Shown here: one piece after another, positions 55,370-64,000 of the stretch
How the letters are laid out: each line of letters starts with the position of its first letter
Position numbering within the stretch: the first letter of the stretch is position 1
NCBI GenBank assembly: GCA_965223705.1
Contig: OZ245015.1
Coordinates: forward strand, 3,072,001 to 3,136,000
Source of the DNA: Myxococcota bacterium
Lineage (GTDB): Bacteria; Myxococcota_A; UBA9160; UBA6930
Reading direction: 5' to 3'
DNA: 64,000 bases
Program-made: the position numbers and the translations under genes
The notes under the pieces: generated by a model
What the model saw: only the letters and a program-made list of their open reading frames with translations
Databases searched by the model: none
What the model was told of the DNA's origin: nothing

Positions 55370-55777
55370 CTAGGCGTCCGGCTCGCCCGGAGCGTCGCAC
55401 GGGCACGACTCGCACAGACGTCGGTTCATTCGGTGGGACGCGATCAAACCGACGGCTCCGATCGCCATGACGATCCTGCCCTGGGCGCTCTCTTCTCCGA
55501 TGGTGAACCCGAGAAGCACGACGCCGATGCCACAGGCGAACGCGGCGGCGATTCGCAGCAAGCCGTGCCGCTTGAGACCCCACAGCGCAGAAAGCAGCGC
55601 AATCACGACTGCGGCGCCGATGAAGGCGTATTCCACGCCCTCGGAGGCCAGGACCTGCAAGCCGACGAACGGCAGGATGCCCACGACAATGGGCAGGAGC
55701 AGGCAATGGATCGCGCACGCCGCGCTGAGCCACGCCCCCACCCGATCACTCCATGCACCCGTCCGCTCGAATTGCAT
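55370..55777 (-). CDS. MerC-domain membrane protein
   Basis: DRVGAWLSAACAIHCLLLP, 4 TM helices, SH..N, Cys-rich tail CESCPC. Confidence 0.85.
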   Translation of the reverse strand: MQFERTGAWSDRVGAWLSAACAIHCLLLPIVVGILPFVGLQVLASEGVEYAFIGAAVVIALLSALWGLKRHGLLRIAAAFACGIGVVLLGFTIGEESAQGRIVMAIGAVGLIASHRMNRRLCESCPCDAPGEPDA

Positions 55778-55784
55778 CCGATTC

Positions 55785-55850
55785 GGTGTACGCCAGATGC
55801 CGGCCGGTGGCAATCACGGTGCACACCAGATGCCGGCGGGTGGCAATCAG
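55785..55850 (-). promoter_or_regulatory. 33-bp tandem duplication carrying a sigma70-like promoter for the MerC-domain gene
   Basis: Two units with 4 mismatches; proximal unit reads TTGCCA-N17-TACACC and ends 7 nt before ATG 55777. Confidence 0.6.
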
Positions 55851-56842
55851 ACCGCTTCGTCGAGGGCGACGCCCCCCCGTTCGAGTGCCGCGAGATACGT
55901 CGCGCGATCGACATTGCCGCCGGATAGGACGAGGCCGACCTGCTTCCCTCGCATTCGCTCTTTCTCACCGAAGAGTGCCGCCAACGGGGCAGCGCCGGCC
56001 CCTTCCGCGATGTTGTGGGTGTCGCGGAAATAGCTCGCCATCGCGAGCTCGATGGCGGCGTCGGTAACCGCAACGACGCGGGAAGCGCCGGCGAGGATCA
56101 CCTCGAGCGCGTCGGGGTGAGGAACACGCACCGCGAGCCCGTCGGCGAGCGTGTCGGGAAGCCCGGTCTCGACCGGCTTCCCCGCGTCAAAGGAGAGCGC
56201 GTAAGCGGGGGCGCCGTCCGCGACCACGCCGATCACTTCGGTGCGGAGCCCGAGGGCTTCTCGCGCCGCGAGGACGGAGCAGATCCCTGAGCCGAGACCG
56301 ATCGGAACATAGATTGCGTCGAGTGTGGGCGCGTCGGCGAACAACTCCATCGCGTAGCTCGCGACGCCGGAGAGTAGAGCCGCGTCGTAGGAGGGTACGA
56401 GGTGACCGCCGCTCCCGTCGGCGAGCTCACGGGCGTGGTCGTAGGCCTCCTGAAAATCGGCACCGAACTCGACGAGCTCCGCTCCGAACGCGCGCATCGC
56501 CGCATTCTTTTCGGGGTTGTTACCGTGCGGAACGACGATCCTGGCGCGGAGCCCGACGCGCCCCGCCGCCCAGGCGATGCTTTGACCGTGGTTGCCGCGG
56601 GTCGCGGCAACCACGGTCGAGACCTCCGGGTGTTCCCTGCGGAGCGACTCGAGGTACAGGAGGCCGCCACGGACTTTGAACGCTCCAATCGGCGTGTGGT
56701 TTTCGTGCTTCACGAAAACGGCGCACCCGCAGCGTTCGGAAAGCAACGGCCAGTTGCGGGTCGGCGTCGTGCCCATGACGTCTGCGACGCGCCCCGCCGC
56801 TCGTTCGAGTGTCGGCCTGTCGGGAAGTCCGCGCAATGACAT
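55847..56842 (-). CDS. PLP-dependent threonine/serine dehydratase family (fold II)
   Basis: KHENHTPIGAFKVRGG, TRGNHG, PIGLGSG, EGAGA, SGGN. Confidence 0.93.
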   Translation of the reverse strand: MSLRGLPDRPTLERAAGRVADVMGTTPTRNWPLLSERCGCAVFVKHENHTPIGAFKVRGGLLYLESLRREHPEVSTVVAATRGNHGQSIAWAAGRVGLRARIVVPHGNNPEKNAAMRAFGAELVEFGADFQEAYDHARELADGSGGHLVPSYDAALLSGVASYAMELFADAPTLDAIYVPIGLGSGICSVLAAREALGLRTEVIGVVADGAPAYALSFDAGKPVETGLPDTLADGLAVRVPHPDALEVILAGASRVVAVTDAAIELAMASYFRDTHNIAEGAGAAPLAALFGEKERMRGKQVGLVLSGGNVDRATYLAALERGGVALDEAV

Positions 56843-56860
56843 GCGCGGACGGTACCCGCT

Positions 56861-57616
56861 CTAGAGACTCGGCGCCGCGTCGGCGGGGTCGCGAAACCGC
56901 CCCGGTACGACCCAGCCGCGGAACCGGTAGGAGAGGATGAGGACGATCATCCGGAGCCCGAGACGAAACGCGACCCAGTGGTTGCCGGTGACCGACGAGC
57001 TTCCGATTCGCTTCGTGTAATTGACCGGCACCTGCACGATCTTCATGCGCTTCAAAATGCTGAGCACCATCATCTCGGGACCGAAGAACGAACCGTTGAC
57101 CGTGAAATACGGTTCGATCCTTTCGAGGGCTTCGCGCCGGACGCAACGCATGGTGCAGCCGACGTCGGTCAGCGATGTCGTGTTGAACAACACTTCCATC
57201 AGCTTCGCTACCGCGTAGTTCCCCCACTTGAGGAAGAGGCCCATGTTGGCCCCTTCCCAAATGAGTTCCTTGACGGTGCGGCTTCCGTAGACGACTTCGA
57301 AGTCTTCGGCGAACGCCAGGAGCTTGCGCGTATCGCGCCCCCGGAACGTGCCGTCTGGCTCGGAAACGATGATGTAGTCCCCGGTCGCCTCCCGGAAGCC
57401 GCGCCGGATCGCCGCCCCGTAGCCCTGAATCGGCTCGAGCACTTCGCGGGCGCTGGTGTGCGCGACTTCCTCGCTCGTACCCGGCGCGGCGTTGTTGTTG
57501 ATGACGATGATCTCGTCGATCAGACCCGTCGCTTCAAATTCCTCGATCGACGCCCGGATCGATTCCTTCTCGTTGTAGGTCGGCAGAATGAGCGACACGC
57601 GTTCGCCACACCACAT
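56861..57616 (-). CDS. GT2 glycosyltransferase (polyprenol-phosphate sugar synthase-like)
   Basis: LILPTYNE, GYGAAIRRG, EPDGT, VYGSR, TDVGC, VPVNY..R.G.S; TGATG coupling. Confidence 0.9.
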   Translation of the reverse strand: MWCGERVSLILPTYNEKESIRASIEEFEATGLIDEIIVINNNAAPGTSEEVAHTSAREVLEPIQGYGAAIRRGFREATGDYIIVSEPDGTFRGRDTRKLLAFAEDFEVVYGSRTVKELIWEGANMGLFLKWGNYAVAKLMEVLFNTTSLTDVGCTMRCVRREALERIEPYFTVNGSFFGPEMMVLSILKRMKIVQVPVNYTKRIGSSSVTGNHWVAFRLGLRMIVLILSYRFRGWVVPGRFRDPADAAPSL

Positions 57617-58251
57617 CAGCACACCTCCGCGACAACGTACATCTGCGCTGCCAAGGGCTTCCAGGGAGAATTGAGATAACTGCGCACGAGCCACGACCAT
57701 TTCGGCAGCCGGCTCTTCATGGAAAACGGAAGCAATCCGGGGACGAGCCGCGTCACTTCGAAGCCCTGCTTCTCGAGGAGCAATCGGATCGTACAATCGT
57801 CAAACGCGGTGCGGTGGGTCGGATCGTCGAAGTAGTGCTCCCTGCACAGTCGATAGTTCGGCTGAAGCAAGATGAGGCGACCACCCCGCGCGAGCACGGT
57901 GCGAACGCGCGTGAGTAGGACATCGACTTGGTCGGCCTCGAGGTGCTCGAGGAAGTTGCTCGCAAAGCACAGATCGATGCTCCGCGGGGCCATTCCCGGA
58001 AGCCGCACCGCGTCCCCCACGAAGAACCGGACCGTCGGCTCCGCGTGACCCGCCATGCGCGGGTTCAGGTCGAAGGCAGAGCGCTCGGCCGCAGGAAACG
58101 CGTTGATGAAATCGCAGTAGCCCGCGCCGAGCTCGAGTACGCGCTCAGCGCCCGGCGCGTCTCGCGCGACATAGCGGGCGATCTCCTGCCAGACACCACC
58201 CCGCGACCGCAGCTCGGGATAGAGCCCCCAGTACGAGGCCGATTCACTCAT
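57616..58251 (-). CDS. Class I SAM-dependent methyltransferase
   Basis: VLELGAG, SNFLEHL, GGRLILLQPN, YFDDPTH; ATGA coupling. Confidence 0.88.
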   Translation of the reverse strand: MSESASYWGLYPELRSRGGVWQEIARYVARDAPGAERVLELGAGYCDFINAFPAAERSAFDLNPRMAGHAEPTVRFFVGDAVRLPGMAPRSIDLCFASNFLEHLEADQVDVLLTRVRTVLARGGRLILLQPNYRLCREHYFDDPTHRTAFDDCTIRLLLEKQGFEVTRLVPGLLPFSMKSRLPKWSWLVRSYLNSPWKPLAAQMYVVAEVC

Positions 58252-60083
58252 CGGTAGCGATCCTTCACGGCGGCGACTTCCTCTTCGAGAAACGGGAAAC
58301 GACCGGTGTAGGTGCGCTCGAACACCTGCAAGGCCTTGGCGATCCGAACCGGATCGCGCTGTGAGATGCGGAGGCTCGCGTCGAAATAGTCGAGCGAACG
58401 GCGAACGCGAGCACGGGCGTCTTCTCCCTCGGATTGCAACCCCCAAGCGAGGTAGGTCTCGGAAAGTCGACGGGCGGATGCCGGATCCGGCGCGATCGAC
58501 ATGGCGCGCTCGAGCTGCGCGACCTGTTCTTCGAAGCGGCGCCCTTCGAGCGCGCCGATGCGCGCTTGCAGGTAGTAGAGTCGCGCGAGATGGAGCTGTT
58601 CGGGAGTCCGGTAGGGCGTTTCAACGCGGCCCAATAGCCGCTCTCTTTCGAGTCCGCGCTCGATCAAGCTCCGCGCTTCCGCGAGAAGCTCGTGCCGCAG
58701 CGCGGGTTCCGCCCGGCGAGCCGAGCGGACATGGTGTTTGGCCAGAGCTTGAAGCGCCAACAACGACGGGGCGTCGAGGCTCGCCTCGTGTCGCCAAAGG
58801 GATTCGTTATCCCGCCACACGTCCTGCTGCACGAACGTCGCTGCGGCGGAGAAGAGGACGAAGAACGATGCGCACGCTGTGGTCGCCACCCGGAGGTGTC
58901 GATTCGCGGCACCCCACTCGAACAGGACCAAAACCAAAGCGCAGAGCAAGAAGAAGGAACCGAAGTAGATGTAGCGGTCGGCCACCCAGATCGAGACGTA
59001 GACGATGTTCAGGTACGGAATGAGTAGGACGAGGAATGCCAGTACGTAGAAAAGCAGGTCCCGACGGCGAAGCAGGCAAAACCCGAGGGCCAGAGCCCAA
59101 GCGACGAAGGATGCCGCCGCGAGCCATTTCTCGCCGCTGGCCAACGGAACTTCAACGTGTGGCCACCGGTAGAACACCGAAAGCTGATCCGGCCACACGA
59201 TGTGCTTGAGGTATTCGAGCAACACGAGCGGCGTGAACTCCGCGACGCGGGCGAGATGACTGGGGTCGAGGGGGCCGGGGCCTCGCCAACCGATGACGCC
59301 GAAGGCTTCGATGACACCGCGGAACCACAAGAACGAAACCACGGAAACCGTCGCGTGGGGAACCAGCGGCAGCGCGCTCTTTGCGTAGTGGCGCAACGGA
59401 CCGAAGGCTTGGGAAGGGGCCCGTTCTCCCGACAGGTAGGGTGCCAACCACCGGTGGAGCAGCAACACGGCGAAAAAGACGATCGCGCCCATTTTCGTGT
59501 GGATCGCGGCCAGGGTCGCTAGGAACGATGCGCTCCAGAACGCGACCCGCGCACGGCCGGTACGCTCGAGTTCGTGCGATTGAAAGAGCAGCGCCGCCAG
59601 CATGAACGCCGTCGACAGAAGGTCCTTGCGTCCCATCACCCAGCAGACGGCTTCGACGTGGATCGTCAACACGGAGAAGGCGGTACCGATGGCGACGGAC
59701 GCAGCGAAGCGGCGCGTCAGCCGCAGGGCGACGAGGAACACCAGCGCGGCGTTCAGCGCGTTGAGTAGGACGTTCCCCAAGTGGTAGCCAAAGGGGTTCT
59801 CGAAGCCGAAGAGCCGCGCGTCCACGGCCCAAGACACGTCTCGCACGAGCAGGGGTTCTTCGCGCGGAAAGTAGTCGACGAAAATGGCTCGCAGGCTCGC
59901 CGCGAGGGATTCCTGGTTGTAGAGGTTCGGGTGGGCGAGGAGGATCGTGCGATCGTCGAAATCGACGAAGTCGAAATGGAGCGCCCGTGCGTAGAGCACG
60001 AAGCTCCACAACGCGAGGATCAGCGCGACGCCCAGCGCCGCCCCGAGGCCGCTTCGGCTGGGCTGATCTCGTTCGTCGTTCAT
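58248..60083 (-). CDS. TMTC-like GT-C membrane glycosyltransferase with C-terminal TPR-like helices
   Basis: FVDFDD, FGYHLGNVLL, HVEAVCWVMGRKDLL, ADRYIY, VWRDNESLW. Confidence 0.82.
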   Translation of the reverse strand: MNDERDQPSRSGLGAALGVALILALWSFVLYARALHFDFVDFDDRTILLAHPNLYNQESLAASLRAIFVDYFPREEPLLVRDVSWAVDARLFGFENPFGYHLGNVLLNALNAALVFLVALRLTRRFAASVAIGTAFSVLTIHVEAVCWVMGRKDLLSTAFMLAALLFQSHELERTGRARVAFWSASFLATLAAIHTKMGAIVFFAVLLLHRWLAPYLSGERAPSQAFGPLRHYAKSALPLVPHATVSVVSFLWFRGVIEAFGVIGWRGPGPLDPSHLARVAEFTPLVLLEYLKHIVWPDQLSVFYRWPHVEVPLASGEKWLAAASFVAWALALGFCLLRRRDLLFYVLAFLVLLIPYLNIVYVSIWVADRYIYFGSFFLLCALVLVLFEWGAANRHLRVATTACASFFVLFSAAATFVQQDVWRDNESLWRHEASLDAPSLLALQALAKHHVRSARRAEPALRHELLAEARSLIERGLERERLLGRVETPYRTPEQLHLARLYYLQARIGALEGRRFEEQVAQLERAMSIAPDPASARRLSETYLAWGLQSEGEDARARVRRSLDYFDASLRISQRDPVRIAKALQVFERTYTGRFPFLEEEVAAVKDRYR

Positions 60084-60220
60084 CGGTGACCTGGGCCGTC
60101 TGCGGGGAGAGGCGTTCCCCTGGAATCGGCCTGTAGGCGCCCCCGCTGAAGACCGAGAAGCCGCCACTACCCCGAGGGGACATGATACGATCCGGAGCAC
60201 GTAACCGAAGGGGAAGTGCT

Positions 60221-60991
60221 ATGGGACGCCTACAGGACAAGGTCTGCATCATCACGGGGGCCGCCGGCGGCCAGGGCCAGGTCGCGGTCGATCTCTTCGC
60301 CCGCGAGGGCGCCAAGGTCCTCGCGAGCGACTGTCAGGAGAAAGGCGACAAGCAGATCGCGAAAACGGTCTCGGAGTTCCCGGACCGGGTCGCGTACGTC
60401 GACGCCGACGTCACGCGAGAAGAGGATCTCCAGCGCATCGTCAGCACCGCACTCGGGGAGTTTGGGCGCATCGACGTGCTTTACAACAACCACGGCGCCA
60501 TGGTCGGCAGCCCGTTCTTCGAACACACCATGGAAGAGCTCGATCTCGTGCTCAATGTCAACGTGCGCGCCACGTTCCGGTTGACGCAGCTGGTCGCGGC
60601 GCAAATGGTGAAACAGGGCGACGGCGGTTCGATCATCAACAACAGCTCGACGGGTGGACTCGTCGGCTTTCAGGATATGTCCGGCTACGGCGCCTCCAAG
60701 GCCGGCGTCGCTCAGCTGGCGCGATCCCTGGCGAACGACCTGAAGGATTACGGAATCCGCGTCAACGCCGTGGCGCCGGGCGCGATCGATACGCCGATGC
60801 CTCACAAATACCTCGAGAAGTTCCCCGACCAGCGCGACGAAATCTGGAAGATGATCGAGCAGGCCCACCTGACCGGTCGCTTCGGTCGGCCCGAAGAAGT
60901 CGTCAACTTGGCGATCTTCTTGGCCAGCGACGAAGCTTCGTTCATGAACGGCGCGGTCATTCCCGTCGACGGCGGCTACACGGCCGTCTGA
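60221..60991 (+). CDS. Short-chain dehydrogenase/reductase
   Basis: TGAAGGQG, NNHG, YGASK, VDGG. Confidence 0.94.
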   Translation: MGRLQDKVCIITGAAGGQGQVAVDLFAREGAKVLASDCQEKGDKQIAKTVSEFPDRVAYVDADVTREEDLQRIVSTALGEFGRIDVLYNNHGAMVGSPFFEHTMEELDLVLNVNVRATFRLTQLVAAQMVKQGDGGSIINNSSTGGLVGFQDMSGYGASKAGVAQLARSLANDLKDYGIRVNAVAPGAIDTPMPHKYLEKFPDQRDEIWKMIEQAHLTGRFGRPEEVVNLAIFLASDEASFMNGAVIPVDGGYTAV

Positions 60992-61015
60992 GCCGACGAT
61001 CGCGGAGAGCGTCCT

Positions 61016-61816
61016 TTGGCGAATCGCCTCGAAGGCAAGGTGGGCATCGTCGTAGGCGCTGGCCAGACGCCCGGCGACACGATCGGCAACGGGCGCGCCA
61101 CGGCGATCCTGTTCGCACGCGAAGGCGCCCGTGTACTCGCGATCGACCGAGACCGGGAAGCGGCCGAAGCGACCGTCGCAGCCATCGCTCTCGAAGGCGG
61201 ACGCGCAGAGGCGTTTCAGGCGGACGCGACGCGAGAAGACGACTGCCTCGCAATGGTCGGGCGATGCGTCGACGTGTTCGGTCGCGTCGACATCCTGCAC
61301 AACAACGTCGGCATCGGAGACGGAGACGCCGGGCCCGCGTCGGTTGCGCTCGAGGCTTGGGAGCGCATCATCGACGTCAACTTGAAGAGCGTCGCCCTGC
61401 CCTGCAAAGCGGTCTTGCCGGTCATGCGCGAGCAAGCAGGCGGTGTGATCACCAATATCTCGTCGATCGCCGCCGTCTGCTCGACCAGCATCATCGCCTA
61501 CAAGACGTCGAAGGCCGGAGTGAACGCCTACACCCAATCGTTGGCCCTGGGGAACGCGCGGTTCGGCATCCGGGCGAACGTCATCATGCCGGGGCTGATG
61601 GATACACCGATGGCCATCGAAGGCCCCTCCCGCGCGCGGGGCATCGCGAAAGACGCATTTCGTGCGCAACGAGACGCACAAGTGCCCCTCGGAGCCAAGA
61701 TGGGCACGGCGTGGGACATCGCGCACGCAGCGCTGTTCCTCTCTTCGGACGAAGCGCGCTTTATCACCGGCGTCGCCCTTCCGGTCGATGGGGGCCAGAG
61801 CGCACGCGTGGGCTAG
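61016..61816 (+). CDS. Short-chain dehydrogenase/reductase
   Basis: GAGQ....GNG, NNVG, YKTSK, VDGG. Confidence 0.94.
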   Translation: MANRLEGKVGIVVGAGQTPGDTIGNGRATAILFAREGARVLAIDRDREAAEATVAAIALEGGRAEAFQADATREDDCLAMVGRCVDVFGRVDILHNNVGIGDGDAGPASVALEAWERIIDVNLKSVALPCKAVLPVMREQAGGVITNISSIAAVCSTSIIAYKTSKAGVNAYTQSLALGNARFGIRANVIMPGLMDTPMAIEGPSRARGIAKDAFRAQRDAQVPLGAKMGTAWDIAHAALFLSSDEARFITGVALPVDGGQSARVG

Positions 61817-61846
61817 GCTGTACGCGCTTTCACCAGGAGTAGACGC

Positions 61847-62941
61847 ATGGATTTCGGTTTTTTCACGATGCCGTCCCACCCGCCGGAGCGCGACTTGTTG
61901 CAGGGAATGGAATGGGATCTTCAGAACCTCCGTTGGCTCGACGAACTCGGCTTCACCGAGGCCTGGATCGGTGAGCACCACACCGCGCCGTGGGAACCGA
62001 ACCCGGCGCCGGACCTCCTGGTAGCGCAGGGTTTTCGCGAAACGAAGAATCTCCGGATCGGACCGGGCGGCTTCCTGCTCCCGTACCACCATCCGGGCGA
62101 ACTGGCGAACCGCGCGTGCGTTCTCGACCACTTGTCGAAGGGCCGCTTCAATTTCGGGATCGCCGCGAGCGGCCTCCCCAGCGACTGGGCCATGTTCAAC
62201 GTCGACGGCATGTCCGGCGAGAACCGCGACATGACGCGCGAAGCGCTGGAGATCATTCTCCGCTTATGGACGGAAGATGAACCCTTCGATCACAAGGGGA
62301 AGTACTGGAACGTCAGCAAGACGGACGGGATGTTCGGGTTGCTGCGACCGCATCTAAAGCCGGTCCAGTCTCCGCACCCTCCGATCGGGGTCGCCGGCCT
62401 CTCCCAGAAATCCGACACGCTGGCTCTGGCCGGTGAACGCGGCTTCATCCCGATGAGCCTCAACCTGAACCCAGCCTACGTGGCAGGCCACTGGGCCTCC
62501 GTCGCGGAGGGCGCCGACCGGGCGGGTCGGACGGCCCAGCGCTCGGACTGGCGGATGGTTCGCGAGATCTTCGTCGCCGAGACTGACGAGGAGGCGTGGG
62601 AGCTGTCGGTCAACGGCCCTATGGGTCGGATGATGAACGAGTACCTGTTGCCGCTTCTCGGCAACTTCGGCTTCCTCGAGTTCTTGAAGCACGATCCCGC
62701 CGTTCCGGATTCCGAAGTCGACGCGGCCTATTGCGCGAAGCACAACTGGTTGATCGGCTCGCCGCAAACGGTCATCGAGAAGACGGAAGCGATGTACGAG
62801 ACCGTCGGCGGATTCGGCACCTTGTGCGTTTTCGGCTTCGACTATGTCGATCATGCGGAGGCCTGGCATCGGTCGCTCCAGATGATCATGGAAGAAGTCG
62901 CGCCGAAGCTGACCCACTTAGAGGCGAAGGCCGCCGCCTAG
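61847..62941 (+). CDS. LLM-class flavin-dependent monooxygenase (limonene monooxygenase-like)
   Basis: FGFFTMPSHPP, EAWIGEHHT, LPYHHP, LDHLSKGR; AGGAG RBS. Confidence 0.92.
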   Translation: MDFGFFTMPSHPPERDLLQGMEWDLQNLRWLDELGFTEAWIGEHHTAPWEPNPAPDLLVAQGFRETKNLRIGPGGFLLPYHHPGELANRACVLDHLSKGRFNFGIAASGLPSDWAMFNVDGMSGENRDMTREALEIILRLWTEDEPFDHKGKYWNVSKTDGMFGLLRPHLKPVQSPHPPIGVAGLSQKSDTLALAGERGFIPMSLNLNPAYVAGHWASVAEGADRAGRTAQRSDWRMVREIFVAETDEEAWELSVNGPMGRMMNEYLLPLLGNFGFLEFLKHDPAVPDSEVDAAYCAKHNWLIGSPQTVIEKTEAMYETVGGFGTLCVFGFDYVDHAEAWHRSLQMIMEEVAPKLTHLEAKAAA

Positions 62942-62959
62942 CGCAGCGTCGACACCGGA

Positions 62960-63853
62960 ATGCCCGAGATCTACAAGCCCTCGGGCCGCGAGTTCTGGCA
63001 GCTCCTCAAAGAAACGTTCGCGGAGTGGCAGAAAGACCGCTGCCTCGAGCTCGGCGCGGCCTTGGCGTACTACACGCTGTTCTCCATCGCGCCGCTGCTT
63101 CTCATCACGATCGCGCTGACCGCGCTCTTCTTCGGCGAGAGACTCGCGAGCGGCGAACTGATGGCGAGTATCGAGCAAGCCGCCGGGGCCGAAGCCGCAA
63201 AGGCGATTCGCGGCATGGTGGAGCGCGCGAGCGCACCTCGGTCGGGAATCATCGCCACACTTTCCGGGCTGGTGATGACGCTCTTCGGCGCTTCCTCGGT
63301 GTTCGGCCAGCTCCAATCATCGTTGAACATCATCTGGGATGCGCCGCCGCGCACCGGGAAGGGCTTCACCGCGGTGCTGTGGGCGCGGCTGTCCTCTTTC
63401 TCGATGATTCTCGTGATCGGGTTCCTGCTGCTCGTCTCGCTCGCGATCGGCAGCGCCATCGGCGTGTTCTCCGCCACGCTCTCCTCGTGGATTCCGGGAG
63501 GCGACCTGCTCGCGCGCGGCATCGACGTCGCCGTCTCCTTCGCCACCACGACGCTGCTCTTCGCCATGATGTTCCGCATCTTGCCCGACATCCGGATTCC
63601 GTGGACCGACGTGTGGATCGGCGCCGCATTTACGAGCGTTTTGTTCGCGGTCGGTCGACTCGGGATCTCGTTCTACCTGGGTCACTCTTCGGCGTCTTCG
63701 GTGTACGGCGCGGCGAGCTCTCTGGTCGTGGTCCTCCTCTGGATCTACTACTCCTCGCAGCTTCTCTTCTTCGGTGCCGAGTTCACCCAGGTCTACGCGA
63801 GGCGCTTCGGGTCACTTCGCGGGTCCTCCGCAGGGGCGTCTGTGCAACCATAG
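62960..63853 (+). CDS. YihY/BrkB-family membrane protein
   Basis: GAALAYYTLFSIAPLL, LNIIW, YGAASSLVV.LLWIYYS....FFGAE. Confidence 0.93.
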   Translation: MPEIYKPSGREFWQLLKETFAEWQKDRCLELGAALAYYTLFSIAPLLLITIALTALFFGERLASGELMASIEQAAGAEAAKAIRGMVERASAPRSGIIATLSGLVMTLFGASSVFGQLQSSLNIIWDAPPRTGKGFTAVLWARLSSFSMILVIGFLLLVSLAIGSAIGVFSATLSSWIPGGDLLARGIDVAVSFATTTLLFAMMFRILPDIRIPWTDVWIGAAFTSVLFAVGRLGISFYLGHSSASSVYGAASSLVVVLLWIYYSSQLLFFGAEFTQVYARRFGSLRGSSAGASVQP

Positions 63854-63877
63854 GCGCCAGACGCAAGAGGAGACGTC

Positions 63878-64000
63878 ATGAGCGGACGATTGAAGGACAA
63901 GGTCGCGATTATTACCGGGGGTGCCCGAGGACAGGGCGCGGCAGAAGGCGAGATCTTTGCGCGCGAAGGCGCGCGGGTGGTCTTGACGGATATTCTCGAC
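63878..64000 (+). CDS. Short-chain dehydrogenase/reductase, truncated by the window end
   Basis: MSGRLKDKVAIITGGARGQG...FAREGARVVLTDI; GAGGAG RBS. Confidence 0.9.
   Translation, partial: MSGRLKDKVAIITGGARGQGAAEGEIFAREGARVVLTDILD

Noticed and set aside
55370..55777. Mercury-resistance operon or transposon
   Set aside because: Only a MerC-domain gene is present; no merR, merA, merT, merP or transposase
1..64000. Numerous Arg/Pro-rich alternative-frame ORFs in the track; RNA genes, prophage or IS elements
   Set aside because: The shadow ORFs lack motifs and overlap well-supported genes; no tRNA, rRNA, integrase, transposase or phage structural genes were recognised

Overview
A gene-dense, high-GC bacterial chromosome segment of about 65 CDS with short intergenic spaces and many coupled start/stop overlaps. 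I found no rRNA, tRNA, CRISPR array, transposase or prophage. Catabolic redox and CoA enzymes dominate: SDRs, luciferase-like monooxygenases, CaiB CoA transferases, acyl-CoA dehydrogenase, fadAB, a P450 and an epoxide hydrolase. This mix, plus DUF1329/DUF5916-type envelope proteins, resembles uncultured Myxococcota/Binatota genomes (inference only). Notable loci: (i) a sigma54-type promoter ahead of pspA and an unknown polytopic membrane protein; (ii) a nagGH-like Rieske oxygenase converging on a MetE-like/bicupin dioxygenase/DapA-family aldolase operon; (iii) a TTQ aromatic-amine-dehydrogenase-like cluster (B-E-D-A) with a cytochrome c and no local mauG; (iv) a bacterial homolog of human C4orf33; (v) a permuted DHH-like phosphoesterase fused to a degenerate CPBP membrane domain; (vi) a 32-aa, 50% K/R small protein missed by the ORF track; (vii) a 117-bp MITE-like element; (viii) a TMTC-like GT-C/methyltransferase/GT2 operon; (ix) signs of leaderless transcription and possible ATC starts. 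All family calls come from recognised motifs and recalled sequences, not database searches. Start codons were adjusted by hand.
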